DNA of 45,451 bases. Origin: Actinomycetota bacterium (GTDB lineage: Bacteria > Actinomycetota > UBA4738 > CALAEC01). Positions within the stretch are counted from its first letter, which is position 1. Each line of letters starts with the position of its first letter. Made by a program: the position numbers and the translations under genes. Under the pieces are notes generated by a model, which was given only the letters and a program-made list of their open reading frames with translations, was not told the origin of the DNA and ran no database searches. Of the stretch, positions 35,558-45,375 are shown piece after piece. The stretch lies in assembly GCA_035513995.1 (NCBI GenBank), contig DATKBL010000047.1, positions 1 to 45,451 of the forward strand. The letters are read 5' to 3'.

Positions 35558-36906
35558 TGCCCGAGCCGATCGGGCGCGACGCGGCGCTCTCGCTCGCCGA
35601 GCCGGCGATCGAGGCCGCCCGCGGAGCGGGCATCGAGGTCCTGGTGATCCACGGATGGGGCGGGCTCACGCGCTTCGCCGGCTCGGCGATCCACCAGAGC
35701 ACGGCCCAGGAGGAGACCGCGGTTCGGGTCCGGGCCGTCCGGGGCGGGCGGGTCGGGATCTCGGCCACCAACGACCTTCGACCCGAGGGCCTCGAGGCCG
35801 CCGCCCGGAGCGCGCTCGAGATGGCGGATATGGCCGCCCCCGACCCCCTCTTCCCGGGCCTGACGCCCGAGGCCGAGACCCCAGCAGGGACGGGATACGA
35901 CCAGGCCACGCCGGCGATGGCCCCCGCAGCGCGCGCCGATGCGGTCGCGGAGCTCGTCGGCCGGTGCGGCGCCGGGTTCTCGGCCGCCGGGGCCTTCGAG
36001 ACGGGGGCCCTCGAGGTGGCGGTGGCCAACACCGAGGGCCTCGCCGCCCATGCCGTGCGCAGCAAGGCGTCGATCACCGCGGTCGTCTCCGGGGGGGAGG
36101 GGGGCGCGGGCTTCGCCGAGCGAGCCGCCGTCCGGGCCGGCGATCTCGACCCGGCCGAGATCGGGCAGACCGCGTTCGCCAAGGCCCATGACAGCCAGCG
36201 CCCGCGCGACGTGGAGGTCGGCGACTACGAGGTCGTGCTCGAGCCCGCCGCGGTCGCCACGCTCCTCGGCTTCCTCTCCTACCTCGGGTTCGGCGGGCGC
36301 GCGCTGGCCGAGGGTCGGTCCTGCTTCGCGGGACGCGAGGGAGAGCGCCTGATGTCGGAGGTTGTCTCGATCTGGGACGAGGCGCTCTCGCCCGAGACGA
36401 TCGGGCTCCCGTTCGACTTCGAGGGGACGCCGAAGCAGCGCATCGACCTGGTGCGGGAGGGCGTGTTCGTGGGAGGAGTGCACGACCGCCGCAGCGCCCG
36501 CCAGTTGGGCGAGGACTCCACCGGCCACGCGCTGCCGCCGCCGAACCCCGAGGGCCCTCTGCCGCTCAACCTCTTCATGGGCACGGGCCAGGCGACCACC
36601 GACGAGATGATCGCCGCGACGCGGCGCGGCCTCCTCATCACCCGGTTTCACTACTCGAACATCGTGCATCCGAAGGAGGCGGTGATCACGGGGATGACCC
36701 GCGACGGGACCTGGCTGATCGAGGACGGGACCGTCACCTCCCCCGTGAAGAACCTCCGGTTCACCGAGTCGATCATCGACGCGCTCGATCGCGTCGAGAT
36801 GATCGGCTCGGACTCGGTGCTCGCGAGCGAGTTCTTCTTCGAGGCCTCGCGGGTCCCCGCGGTGAGGATCGGCTCCTTCCGGTTCACCGGGAGGAGCGAC
36901 CACTGA
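35557..36906 (+). CDS. pmbA: TldE/PmbA family metalloprotease partner
   Basis: ATG shares its A with the tldD stop (TGATG). Homologous PmbA_TldD fold without HExxxH. 449 aa. Confidence 0.82.
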   Translation: MPEPIGRDAALSLAEPAIEAARGAGIEVLVIHGWGGLTRFAGSAIHQSTAQEETAVRVRAVRGGRVGISATNDLRPEGLEAAARSALEMADMAAPDPLFPGLTPEAETPAGTGYDQATPAMAPAARADAVAELVGRCGAGFSAAGAFETGALEVAVANTEGLAAHAVRSKASITAVVSGGEGGAGFAERAAVRAGDLDPAEIGQTAFAKAHDSQRPRDVEVGDYEVVLEPAAVATLLGFLSYLGFGGRALAEGRSCFAGREGERLMSEVVSIWDEALSPETIGLPFDFEGTPKQRIDLVREGVFVGGVHDRRSARQLGEDSTGHALPPPNPEGPLPLNLFMGTGQATTDEMIAATRRGLLITRFHYSNIVHPKEAVITGMTRDGTWLIEDGTVTSPVKNLRFTESIIDALDRVEMIGSDSVLASEFFFEASRVPAVRIGSFRFTGRSDH

Positions 36907-39900
36907 AGCCGGGGAGACCGGCCGGCTGCGGGAGGTCGGAGGCCTCCACCTCGACCGTCGGAAGGAAGACCCGGAACGAGGCGCCCCCGCCCTTCCGATC
37001 CTCTACCCACGCGCTGCCGCCGTGCATCTCGGCGAACCTGGCAACCAGCGAGAGCCCGATGCCCGTCCCCGGAGCGTGGCTCGGCACGTCCTCTCCCTGG
37101 GTGAACGGGCGGAAGATCGCTTCGCACTGCTCGGGCTCGACCCCGGGGCCGGCGTCCTCCACCACGATCATGACCCCACCCCGCTTGCTCAGGAGACGGA
37201 CCCAGACCGGGGTGCCGGGGGGCGTGTACTTCGCGGCGTTCGCCACGAGGTTCTCGACGATCCGCTCCACCTTGGGGCCGTCGACGTGGACCACGATGGA
37301 CTGGGCCTCCACGAGCAGCGGGCGATCCCCGAGGTCGGCACCCTCGACCACGCGGTGGACGAGGGCGCCGATGTCGGTTCGCCTCCGCGTCGCCTCGAGG
37401 ATGCCCCGCGAGATCCGGTCGAGATCGAGGAGGTCGGCCAGCAGCGACTCGAGCTTCCGGGCGTTGGCCGCGATGCGGCCGATCATCTCGCGCAGCTCGG
37501 CCCGGGGCAGGTCGAGATCGCCGCGGTCGAGGGTGAGCGAGAACCCCAGGATGCTGGAGAGCGGGGTGCGCAGCTCGTGGCTGACCGCGGTGAGGAAGGC
37601 GTTCTTCATCTCGTCCACGTTGCGCAGCTGCTCCGCCGCCTCGCGCTCCCGCTCGTAGGCTTCGCGCAGCGACTCCTCGGCCTGGCGCCGCTGGGTGATG
37701 TCGAGAAGGGTACCCTCCACCCCTCGCACGTCTCCATCCTCGTCGCGCACCAGGCGGGCGTTCTCGGAGACCCAGATCGTCCGTCCGTCGCTGCGCCGAA
37801 CCTCGTACTCGAAGCCCTCGAGCGAGCCGTCCGACCGGAGCAGGCGGAGGCCTTCCTCGCGACGAGCCGGATCGACGTCGAGATCCGCGATCCCCGGGAC
37901 CTCGACGAGAAGCTCGTCCGAGGAGGCGTAGCCGAGCATCGTGGCGAGCGCGGGGTTGACGGACTCGAAAACGCCGTGGGGGGTGGACCGGAAGATCCCC
38001 TCGGCCGCCTGCTCGAAGATGCCCCGGTACTTCTCCTCGGCGGATCGGAGCGCCTCCTCCGCGCGCTTCCGCAGGACGAGCGAGCCGAGCTGCGCGGCCA
38101 CCCCCGAGATGAGCTTGACGAGGCGCTCGTCCTCGGCCTGCGGCTCGAGGACGAAAAAGACCAGGACGGCGGCCACCTCGACGCCGGCCAGCACGGGGAT
38201 CGCCGCGGCGGCCCCGAGGCCGGCGGCGGAGGCGACCTCCGCCCGCGAGAAGCCCGGCTGCTCCGCGATGTTCCGGATCCACACGGGAGCCTTCATCGAC
38301 CAGGCCTTGCCGGCGAGCTCTTCCTCGGGCTGAACCCGCACCCGCTTGGTTGCCTCACGGAACCGCTCCAGCCCCGGCGCCTGCGAGTACCACGCCTCCG
38401 TGGGCTCCAGGGCCGAGCCGTCGGGGACCGGGATCCAGGCCTCGCCGACCGCCCACCCCGTGGCCCGGCAGACATCCCGGACGACCACGTCGAGCGCGGC
38501 GTCGAGGGCCTCGGCCTCGACCATGGCCAGCGTGAGCGAGTGGACGAGCCGAAGCTCCTCCTCGGCTCGCCGACGCTCGGTGATGTCCCGGAGGGCGACG
38601 ACGCGCGCCTGCCTTCCCCGGTAGGGGATGCGACGCCCCACGATCTCGACCGTGAAACGCGATCCGTCGCTGCGGAGCGCCTCGTGCTGCCCGACCGCCT
38701 CGGTCTGCTCGTCGATGCGCCGGGCTGCCATCTCCCGGTCCTCGGGGGCGACGAGGTCCAGTACCTGCGTCCCCACCAGCTCCTCAGCGGAGAACCGGAA
38801 CATCTCCGCGAACGCGCGGTTCACCTCGAGGATCTTCCCTCGGTCGTGGATGCAGATCCCTTCGAGCGCCGAGTTGGCCAGCGTGCGGAACCGCTCCTCC
38901 TGCTCCTCCAGCTCGGCCTGCGCCCGCTTCCGCTCGGCGAGCTGGCGCTGCGCGGCCTCGTAGAGGCGAGCGTTGTCCAGGGCGATCGACGCGAACTCGG
39001 CGAAGGTCGCGAGCTGCTCGACGTCCTCCTTCGTGAAGCTGACATCGGGGTCGATGTGCGCGAGGCCGAGCACCCCGACGACCTCGTTCCGCGATCCGAG
39101 CGGGACCGCGACCACGCTGGCGACGTCGAGGCCGACCTCGAGCCGCGAGTCCCAGCCCGCATAGTCCCCCACGACGAGCGGCTCGCCTCGCTCCCACACC
39201 GTCCCGGCAGCCCCCTCGCCGGGGGCGATCTTCAGCCCCATCCATTCGGTCAGCGCCCCCACGCCGACCTTCATCTCCATCCGCTCGCCGGTCTCGTCGG
39301 GGAGGTACACGAAGCCGTGGCCGGTGCCGAGGAGCTCCGCCGCCCTGCCCACGATCGCCTGCAGCAGCCCGTCCACCTCGAGACGGTCCATCAGGCCCAG
39401 GGCGGTCTCGTGGATCGCCGACAGGTACTCGGCGTGGCGGCGCTCCTGCACCTCGGCGCGCTTCCTCTCCGTGATGTCCATGAAGAAGCCCTGCGAGAAG
39501 CGGGGCTTCCCATCGTCGTCGTAGGTAACCATCGCCTCGTCTCGCACCCAGATCGTCCGACCGTCGCGGTGGAAGATCCGGTACTCCTGGGCGAACGGCT
39601 CCAGGGTCTCGTTGTGGCGCTCCGTGGCGGCCTTGACGCGCTCCCGGTCGTCGGGGTGCATCTGCCGCATCCACAGGTCGGGGTCGGCTATCCACTCCTC
39701 GGGCGGGAACCCGAGGATCTCCTTGATCTGCGAGCTCACCCACAGCGTGGTGGCCTTCCCGTCGAGCGCGTCAAGGAAGATCGCGGCCGGGATCTTCTCC
39801 ACGATCGCCCGGTACTTGGCCTCGGCCTGCTCCAGCAGCTCCATGGCGCGGGCCCGATGGATGGCGCCTCCCAGGGCGCCGGCGGCCACGCGCAGCGCGC

Positions 39901-40579
39901 CGATCTCGCCGACCGACCACACGCGCTCCTGGACGCAGTCGTCCACGCCGATGAACCCCCACCACTCGTCGCCCACGAAGATCGGCACGGCGACGAGCGA
40001 GAGGACCCGCTGCGGCCCGAGGATCGCTCGCTCGGTCCGCGGGAAGTCCCGCACCAGCCCCTGCACCGTCATCCCCGCGCCCAGGCGATGGGTCCATCGC
40101 TCCAGTCCTGCGGCGACGTAGGGGAGCTCCTGGAGCTTGGGGTTGTCGATCTGCGAGTCCACGTCGGACGCCGCCCACTCGTAGCGCTGCGAGGTGAGGA
40201 GCGAGCCGTCCTCGCCCTGATGGTTCTCCCACACGTAGACGCGGCTGGCCCCCGTCGCTCGCCCGAGCTGCTCGAGGACCGCCGGGATGCTCTGCTCGCC
40301 GTCCCGGAGGAAGCGCTCGGCGGCCTCGGCCACCGCCCCCAGGATGCCCTCGCGCCCACCGGACGGCTCGGGCTGCTCCGACGGTCGGCGGCGGCCGGCC
40401 CGGTGCCGTCGCTCCCCGATCATCCAGCCCATGACCACGAGGAGCGCGACGAGCAGCCCCGCGGAGGCGAGCAGGATCCTGCGGCCCGGGGCGACGCCGG
40501 AGGACGCGGCGGAGGACGCGGCGGTGAGGCCGGCGAGCAGCGCGCCGGCGGCGAGGAGGGTCCTCTCGGTCGGGGTCAT
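36884..40579 (-). CDS. membrane-anchored sensor histidine kinase with three GAF-PAS modules
   Basis: Two N-terminal TM helices. Three successive GAF-like then PAS-like segments, each ending DIT(E/Q)R(K/R)(R/Q)AE. HisKA H-box FLTAVSHELRTPL. HATPase_c N/G boxes (VANAAKYTP, EDAGPGV, GTGIGLSL). No REC domain and no response-regulator gene nearby. Confidence 0.88.
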   Translation of the reverse strand: MTPTERTLLAAGALLAGLTAASSAASSGVAPGRRILLASAGLLVALLVVMGWMIGERRHRAGRRRPSEQPEPSGGREGILGAVAEAAERFLRDGEQSIPAVLEQLGRATGASRVYVWENHQGEDGSLLTSQRYEWAASDVDSQIDNPKLQELPYVAAGLERWTHRLGAGMTVQGLVRDFPRTERAILGPQRVLSLVAVPIFVGDEWWGFIGVDDCVQERVWSVGEIGALRVAAGALGGAIHRARAMELLEQAEAKYRAIVEKIPAAIFLDALDGKATTLWVSSQIKEILGFPPEEWIADPDLWMRQMHPDDRERVKAATERHNETLEPFAQEYRIFHRDGRTIWVRDEAMVTYDDDGKPRFSQGFFMDITERKRAEVQERRHAEYLSAIHETALGLMDRLEVDGLLQAIVGRAAELLGTGHGFVYLPDETGERMEMKVGVGALTEWMGLKIAPGEGAAGTVWERGEPLVVGDYAGWDSRLEVGLDVASVVAVPLGSRNEVVGVLGLAHIDPDVSFTKEDVEQLATFAEFASIALDNARLYEAAQRQLAERKRAQAELEEQEERFRTLANSALEGICIHDRGKILEVNRAFAEMFRFSAEELVGTQVLDLVAPEDREMAARRIDEQTEAVGQHEALRSDGSRFTVEIVGRRIPYRGRQARVVALRDITERRRAEEELRLVHSLTLAMVEAEALDAALDVVVRDVCRATGWAVGEAWIPVPDGSALEPTEAWYSQAPGLERFREATKRVRVQPEEELAGKAWSMKAPVWIRNIAEQPGFSRAEVASAAGLGAAAAIPVLAGVEVAAVLVFFVLEPQAEDERLVKLISGVAAQLGSLVLRKRAEEALRSAEEKYRGIFEQAAEGIFRSTPHGVFESVNPALATMLGYASSDELLVEVPGIADLDVDPARREEGLRLLRSDGSLEGFEYEVRRSDGRTIWVSENARLVRDEDGDVRGVEGTLLDITQRRQAEESLREAYEREREAAEQLRNVDEMKNAFLTAVSHELRTPLSSILGFSLTLDRGDLDLPRAELREMIGRIAANARKLESLLADLLDLDRISRGILEATRRRTDIGALVHRVVEGADLGDRPLLVEAQSIVVHVDGPKVERIVENLVANAAKYTPPGTPVWVRLLSKRGGVMIVVEDAGPGVEPEQCEAIFRPFTQGEDVPSHAPGTGIGLSLVARFAEMHGGSAWVEDRKGGGASFRVFLPTVEVEASDLPQPAGLPGFSGRSSR

Positions 40580-40712
40580 CTCTATAGGGGGATTCGGAAC
40601 CCCGCGGGGGGGGCCTGATGGTCATTTCGGACTATCTTCGGGCCGGACGGATGGGCGACGGCCCGCTCGCCGGTTCGGTCAGCTCGGGCCCCACCCCGGC
40701 CCGCGCATCCTC

Positions 40713-40718
40713 TATCGT
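40713..40718 (+). promoter_or_regulatory. -10-like hexamer TATCGT, 6 nt upstream of ATG 40725
   Basis: TANNNT. Spacer gcgccc then ATG. No SD. Confidence 0.3.
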
Positions 40719-40724
40719 GCGCCC

Positions 40725-41693
40725 ATGGGCCTCCCCCTGGTCTTGATCGTGTCCGGCGCCTTGATCCTCTACGCCGGAGCCGAGCTTGGGGTCCGCGGGG
40801 CCTCCCGCCTGGCCTCGAGCCTCGGCGTGCGTGCGTTCGCGCTGGCCGCGCTGCTGCTCGGGATGGACGTCGAGGGCCTCTCGGCCGCGCTGACCGCCGC
40901 CGGTCGGGGCGACACCGAGATCGCGGCGGGGGTCGCGTTCGGGCCCGTGCTGTTCCTCTTCACGGCGGGGCTCGGGCTGGCGCTGGTGCTGGGGCGGCGC
41001 CCGATCCCAGCACCCTCCACGGCGATGGTGCTGGCGCCCGGCGGGGCCGTGGTCCTCGCGGCCCTGGCCATCTCCGACCGCTACGTGGACCGGTTCGAGG
41101 GGCTGCTGCTGGTGATCGGCTACGCCGGCTACGTCTTCCTCGTGCTCAGGGATCGCCGGGCCGGATCGGAGGATCCAGCGCCCCAGCCCGAGGGGGCGCC
41201 GCTCCCGCCCGAGCTCTCTACCGTGCCCCAGCCGGCGACGGAGCGACCGGGAGCCCTCCGCGCCGCGGCGCCCACGGTCGTGGGGCTGGGTCTCCTCTAC
41301 GCCGGCGCCTGGCTCATCGTGGAAGGAGGAGCTCGACTCACGCTCTCGGCCGGGCTCGCGGCCGGGTTCGTGGGCGCCGCGGTCATCGGCGCCCTGACGA
41401 GCCTCGACGAGGTGCTCCTCGAGGTGCTGCCCGTGCGCCGGGGGGTCCCCGAGCTGGCCACCGGGAACCTGTTCGGGACGCTGACGGCGTTCACGACCGG
41501 CGTCCTGGGCCTGGCGGCCCTCGTCCGCCCGCTGACGCTGGACACCGGCGCCAACCTGGCCTTCCTGGGGGTGGCGTTCCTCTACACCGTCGTCGGGGTC
41601 ACGTTCCTCCTCCGGAGGAGGGCGGGGTGGGTCCTCGGGGTCTTCCTCCTGGCCTTCTACGCCGCCTGGCTCGTCTACGCCGCCGGGGCCTAG
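40725..41693 (+). CDS. sodium/calcium exchanger (CaCA, YrbG-like) family membrane protein
   Basis: Internal ATG 40725. Two homologous halves of about 5 TM each, with alpha-repeat-like segments (LLLGMDVEGLSAAL and GALTSLDEVLLEV) separated by a Pro-rich loop. Confidence 0.7.
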   Translation: MGLPLVLIVSGALILYAGAELGVRGASRLASSLGVRAFALAALLLGMDVEGLSAALTAAGRGDTEIAAGVAFGPVLFLFTAGLGLALVLGRRPIPAPSTAMVLAPGGAVVLAALAISDRYVDRFEGLLLVIGYAGYVFLVLRDRRAGSEDPAPQPEGAPLPPELSTVPQPATERPGALRAAAPTVVGLGLLYAGAWLIVEGGARLTLSAGLAAGFVGAAVIGALTSLDEVLLEVLPVRRGVPELATGNLFGTLTAFTTGVLGLAALVRPLTLDTGANLAFLGVAFLYTVVGVTFLLRRRAGWVLGVFLLAFYAAWLVYAAGA

Positions 41694-42817
41694 GAGCCCT
41701 CCTCGAGCTCGTGCGTGTGTTCGCCGAGGAGCGGGGGCGGGCGGGTGGCGGTCGGGTCCGCTCCGTCGATCAGGATCGGGCTCCGCACGAGGCGCAGCAG
41801 CCCCCGCACGGGATCCTCGATGTCCTGGATCGCCGCCCGGCCCTCCTCCGACCCGAAGACGGCCGCGAGGTCACGGACGGGGGCCGCCGGGACGCCCGCC
41901 TCGATGAGGCGCCGCACCCACTCGTCGGGGGTACGGGTCGCGAGCGCCTCCTCGAGCACCTCGCGGAGCGCCGTCCGGTTCCGGACGCGGTCGGCGTTGC
42001 GCGCGAAGCGCGGATCCGCCGGCAGCGCCGGGCGTCCCAGCACCTCGCAGGCCCTCGCGAAGAGCCCGTCGTTCGCGGCCGCGAGGATCAGCGGCCCGCC
42101 CCGGGCCCGGAGCGACTCGTACGGCGCGATGTTCGGGTGGGCGTTCCCCATGGGGCCGGGGACCTCTTGCCCCAGGAGGTGGTTCGCGGCCTGGTTCACG
42201 AGGGCCGCCACACCCGCGTCGAACAGCGAGACCGAGACGTGCCTCCCTCGGCCGGTCCGCTCGCGCTCGCGGAGGGCGGCGGCGATCCCCGTGGCCGCGT
42301 AGAGGCCCGCGATCACGTCGAGGAGCGCGACGCCGACCTTGGTCGGCTCGCCCCCGGCGGGCCCGGTGACGCTCATGAGCCCGGTCATCGCCTGCATCAC
42401 CAGGTCGTAGCCGGCCGCTCGCGGATCCGCTCGCTCCCCCATCGCCGTGATCGAGCAGACGACGAGGCCCGGATGCTCGGCGCGGAGCGATTCCGGGTCG
42501 AGGCCGAGCCGCTCCATCGTGCCCGGCCGGAAGTTCTCCACGAGGACGTCCGAGCGCAGGATCAGCTCCCGCGCCGCCCTCGAGCCCTCCTCGGCCTTGA
42601 GGTCCAGCTCGACCGAGCGCTTCCCGCGGTTCACCGAGAGGAAGTACGCGGCGTCCTCGCCGACGAACGGCGGGCCCCACGAGCGGGTCTCATCCCCGAC
42701 CCCGGGTCGCTCCACCTTCACCACGTCCGCGCCCAGGTCGGCCAGGACCATCGTGCAGAGGGGCCCCGCGAGGACGCGGGACAGGTCGGCGACCCGGACC
42801 CCCTCGAGCGGCCTCAC
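41690..42817 (-). CDS. family III CoA-transferase (CaiB/BaiF-like)
   Basis: GTG start overlapping the ALDH stop (GTGA). LEGVRVADLSRVLAGPLCTMVLADLGADVVKVE and ENFRPGTMERLGL are the signature N-terminal motifs. Confidence 0.88.
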   Translation of the reverse strand: MRPLEGVRVADLSRVLAGPLCTMVLADLGADVVKVERPGVGDETRSWGPPFVGEDAAYFLSVNRGKRSVELDLKAEEGSRAARELILRSDVLVENFRPGTMERLGLDPESLRAEHPGLVVCSITAMGERADPRAAGYDLVMQAMTGLMSVTGPAGGEPTKVGVALLDVIAGLYAATGIAAALRERERTGRGRHVSVSLFDAGVAALVNQAANHLLGQEVPGPMGNAHPNIAPYESLRARGGPLILAAANDGLFARACEVLGRPALPADPRFARNADRVRNRTALREVLEEALATRTPDEWVRRLIEAGVPAAPVRDLAAVFGSEEGRAAIQDIEDPVRGLLRLVRSPILIDGADPTATRPPPLLGEHTHELEEGS

Positions 42818-44412
42818 CTCAGCAGCGAGCGGAGGTAGCGCGCGATCGCACCGCGACCGTCCCAGGCCGCGCGGGCGCGTCGCGCCGGGCGGGTCCTCGC
42901 GAGCGATTCCACGACCGCGAGGAAGCCCTGCCGCTGCGTCTCTCCATAGGGGAACCACCAGCCGGGAGGAACCCTCCCCGGGTCCTCGGCGATCAGGCGC
43001 TTCACGGTCATGTCTTGGAGGCCGTACCTCGAGTGGCCGACGCCGGACCCCGAGGCCTTCACCCCTCCCCAGGGGACCTCCCCCAAGCCGTTGGAGTAGG
43101 CGTGGTCGTTGATCCACACCATCCCCGCCTCGATCCGCCTGGCGAGCATCCGGCCTCGGCGAACGTCGCGCGTCCACACGCTCGCGCCCAGCCCGAACTC
43201 GGTGTCGTTCGCGAGCCGCACGGCCTCCTGTTCGGTGTCGAAGGCCATCACCGGGACCAGCGGGCCGAACGTCTCCTCGCGCATCACCCGCATCGAGTGA
43301 TCGACGCCGGTGAGGATCGCGGGGGCGATGAATCGGCCCGAGAGGCCGGGGACCTCAACCGGGCCCCCGCACTCGACCCGCGCGCCGCGCCGACTGGCGT
43401 CCTCGAGGTGCTCCAGCACCCACTCGTGTCGGCTCGGCGTGATCATCGGCCCGATCTGCGTGTCGGGACGCCTCGGGTCGCCCGGGACCAGGTCCTTCAC
43501 CACCGCCACCAGACGGGCGACGAACGCGTCGTGGACGCGCCGGTCGACGTACACGCGCTCAATCGCGGCGCAGGTCTGGCCGGCGTTCGCACAGGCGGCC
43601 CAGAGCACACCGCGGGCCGCGCGGTCGAGGTCGGCGTCGGCGCAGACGACGGCCGGGTCGTTGCCCCCGAGCTCGAGGTGCACCATCTTCCCGCGACGCG
43701 CCGTCTCCTCGAGGACCTTGCGCCCGATCTCGACGCTCCCCGTGAACAGGATCCTGCGGACCGGCCCGGCCCCGCACAGCGCCGCCCCCGTGTCGCCCTC
43801 CCCGTGCACGACCCGCAGCACGCCCTCGGGCAGCCCGACCTCCGAGAACACGTCGGCGATCGCCCGGCCCGAGAGCGGCGTGAGCTCGGAGGGCTTGAAC
43901 ACCACGCCGTCCCCCGCAGCCAGCGCGAACGCGATATCTGCCATCGGCAGGAGGCACGGATAGTTCCAGGGCCCGATCACGCCGACCACGCCCAGCGGGT
44001 CGAAGACGATCCAGTGCCGCTTGTACCGGGCGATGACCTGGGGATCGGCGACACGCTGGGGCGAGAGGTGGTGGTGGCCGTTCCGGGCGACCCACGAGAG
44101 GACGAGGGCCGCCGCCCCCACCTCGGCGATCGACGACTCCGTGAGGGGCTTCCCCGATTCCCGGGTGAACAGGAAGCTCAGCTCCTCCCGACGGTCAAGC
44201 AGCCGGTCGGCGGCGCGGCCGATCAGTCCCAGCCGTTCCCGGAGCGGCACGAGGGCCCAGCCCCGCTGGGCCTCGGCCACCTCGGCGGCCACCGCCTCGA
44301 CCTCCTCGGGGGGCGTTCGGGGGACGCGACCGACCATCTCGCCGGTGGCGGGATCGAAGCTCTCCAGGTACGAATCGGCGGGGACATGGACGCCGTCGGC
44401 GGCCCGAGCCAT
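42814..44412 (-). CDS. NAD(P)-dependent aldehyde dehydrogenase
   Basis: Internal ATG 44412 with SD GGGAGGAGGGAG. VFKPSELTP, ELGGNDP and catalytic-Cys context GQTCAAIERV. Confidence 0.9.
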   Translation of the reverse strand: MARAADGVHVPADSYLESFDPATGEMVGRVPRTPPEEVEAVAAEVAEAQRGWALVPLRERLGLIGRAADRLLDRREELSFLFTRESGKPLTESSIAEVGAAALVLSWVARNGHHHLSPQRVADPQVIARYKRHWIVFDPLGVVGVIGPWNYPCLLPMADIAFALAAGDGVVFKPSELTPLSGRAIADVFSEVGLPEGVLRVVHGEGDTGAALCGAGPVRRILFTGSVEIGRKVLEETARRGKMVHLELGGNDPAVVCADADLDRAARGVLWAACANAGQTCAAIERVYVDRRVHDAFVARLVAVVKDLVPGDPRRPDTQIGPMITPSRHEWVLEHLEDASRRGARVECGGPVEVPGLSGRFIAPAILTGVDHSMRVMREETFGPLVPVMAFDTEQEAVRLANDTEFGLGASVWTRDVRRGRMLARRIEAGMVWINDHAYSNGLGEVPWGGVKASGSGVGHSRYGLQDMTVKRLIAEDPGRVPPGWWFPYGETQRQGFLAVVESLARTRPARRARAAWDGRGAIARYLRSLLR

Positions 44413-44429
44413 CGCTCCCTCCTCCCGAC

Positions 44430-45260
44430 TCAGCGTCGGCGGGCCCGCAGCTTCTCGAACTCCTCGGGGTCGGTCGTTCGACACCCCATCCGGATGGGAT
44501 CGTAACGGGTTCCGTGGCAGTCCGAGGAGCCCGTCGCGGCCAGCCCCAGCCGGGCCGCCATCTCGCGGTAGCGCGCCTCGACCGCTGGGGGATGGTCGGG
44601 GTGCGCGCACTCGATGCCGTCCATCCCCGCCTCGACCATCTCCTCGATCAGCGCGTCGGGCACCGGGATCCCGTCGCGCCAGTGGGCCGGGTGGGCCAGT
44701 ACCGCGACCCCGCCGGCCCGACGGATCAGACGCACCGCCTCGACCGGGTGGAGGGCGTGCTTCGCCACGTAGGCCCGACCCCCGGTCCCGATGAGCTCCT
44801 GGCTGAAGGCGTCCCCCACCGTCGGGACGACCCCCGCCTCGACGAGCGCCTGGGCCACGTGCGGCCGCCCAACGCTCCCCCCCGCGGCGATCTCGCGGAC
44901 CCGCTCGACGGTGACCGGATTCCCAAGCGCCCGCAGGCGCTCCACCATCCGCTCGGCGCGCCGGACGCGATCCTCGCGGAGGCGCTCTAGCTCATCCCGA
45001 AACTCCGGGTGTTCGGGGTCCATCCAGTAGCCGAGGACGTGGACGCTCCCCCCTTCGTACTCGGCCGAGAACTCCACCCCGGGCACGACCTCGAGCCCGG
45101 AGCCCGCCGCGGCCGCCTGGGCCTCCGGGATCCCCGCAGTGCTGTCGTGGTCGGTGATCGCGAGGACACGCAGGCCGCGCTCGATGGCGAGCGCCACCGA
45201 CTCCCGCGGCTCGAATGTGCCGTCGGAGTGGCGCGAGTGCGTGTGCAGGTCGATCCCCAT
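44430..45260 (-). CDS. PHP-domain phosphoesterase (TrpH/YciV-like)
   Basis: Internal ATG 45260. IDLHTHSRHSDG, ITDHDS, AHP and SDCHG metal-binding motifs of the PHP family. Confidence 0.85.
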   Translation of the reverse strand: MGIDLHTHSRHSDGTFEPRESVALAIERGLRVLAITDHDSTAGIPEAQAAAAGSGLEVVPGVEFSAEYEGGSVHVLGYWMDPEHPEFRDELERLREDRVRRAERMVERLRALGNPVTVERVREIAAGGSVGRPHVAQALVEAGVVPTVGDAFSQELIGTGGRAYVAKHALHPVEAVRLIRRAGGVAVLAHPAHWRDGIPVPDALIEEMVEAGMDGIECAHPDHPPAVEARYREMAARLGLAATGSSDCHGTRYDPIRMGCRTTDPEEFEKLRARRR

Positions 45261-45270
45261 TTGGCGAACC

Positions 45271-45276
45271 AGTGTA
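45271..45276 (-). promoter_or_regulatory. -10-like hexamer TACACT, 10 nt upstream of ATG 45260
   Basis: Plus-strand agtgta is TACACT on the minus strand. No SD. Confidence 0.25.
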
Positions 45277-45302
45277 GTCGCCGGATCGCGAGGTCCGGCG
45301 AC
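45277..45302. repeat. perfect 8-bp inverted repeat GTCGCCGG-N10-CCGGCGAC in the PHP/sigma divergent region
   Basis: Read directly from the sequence. It abuts the candidate -10 of the PHP gene and lies about 75 nt upstream of the sigma-like ATG. Confidence 0.6.
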
Positions 45303-45375
45303 GGAAGTAACGGGTTCATCGCCGCCGATCGGTGGGTACAACCCCCTTGCGCTAACGGGAAGGAGGGTGAGCGAG

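Noticed and set aside
40580-40724. Possible small ORF or riboswitch in the 145-bp region between the histidine kinase and the CaCA exchanger (ATGACCATCAGG... belongs to the 39771..40625 ORF).
   Set aside because: The ORF is out of frame with, and runs into, the kinase gene, with a Pro/Arg-rich translation. No conserved riboswitch-like core is recognisable. The CaCA gene appears leaderless, so it has no 5-prime UTR to host one.
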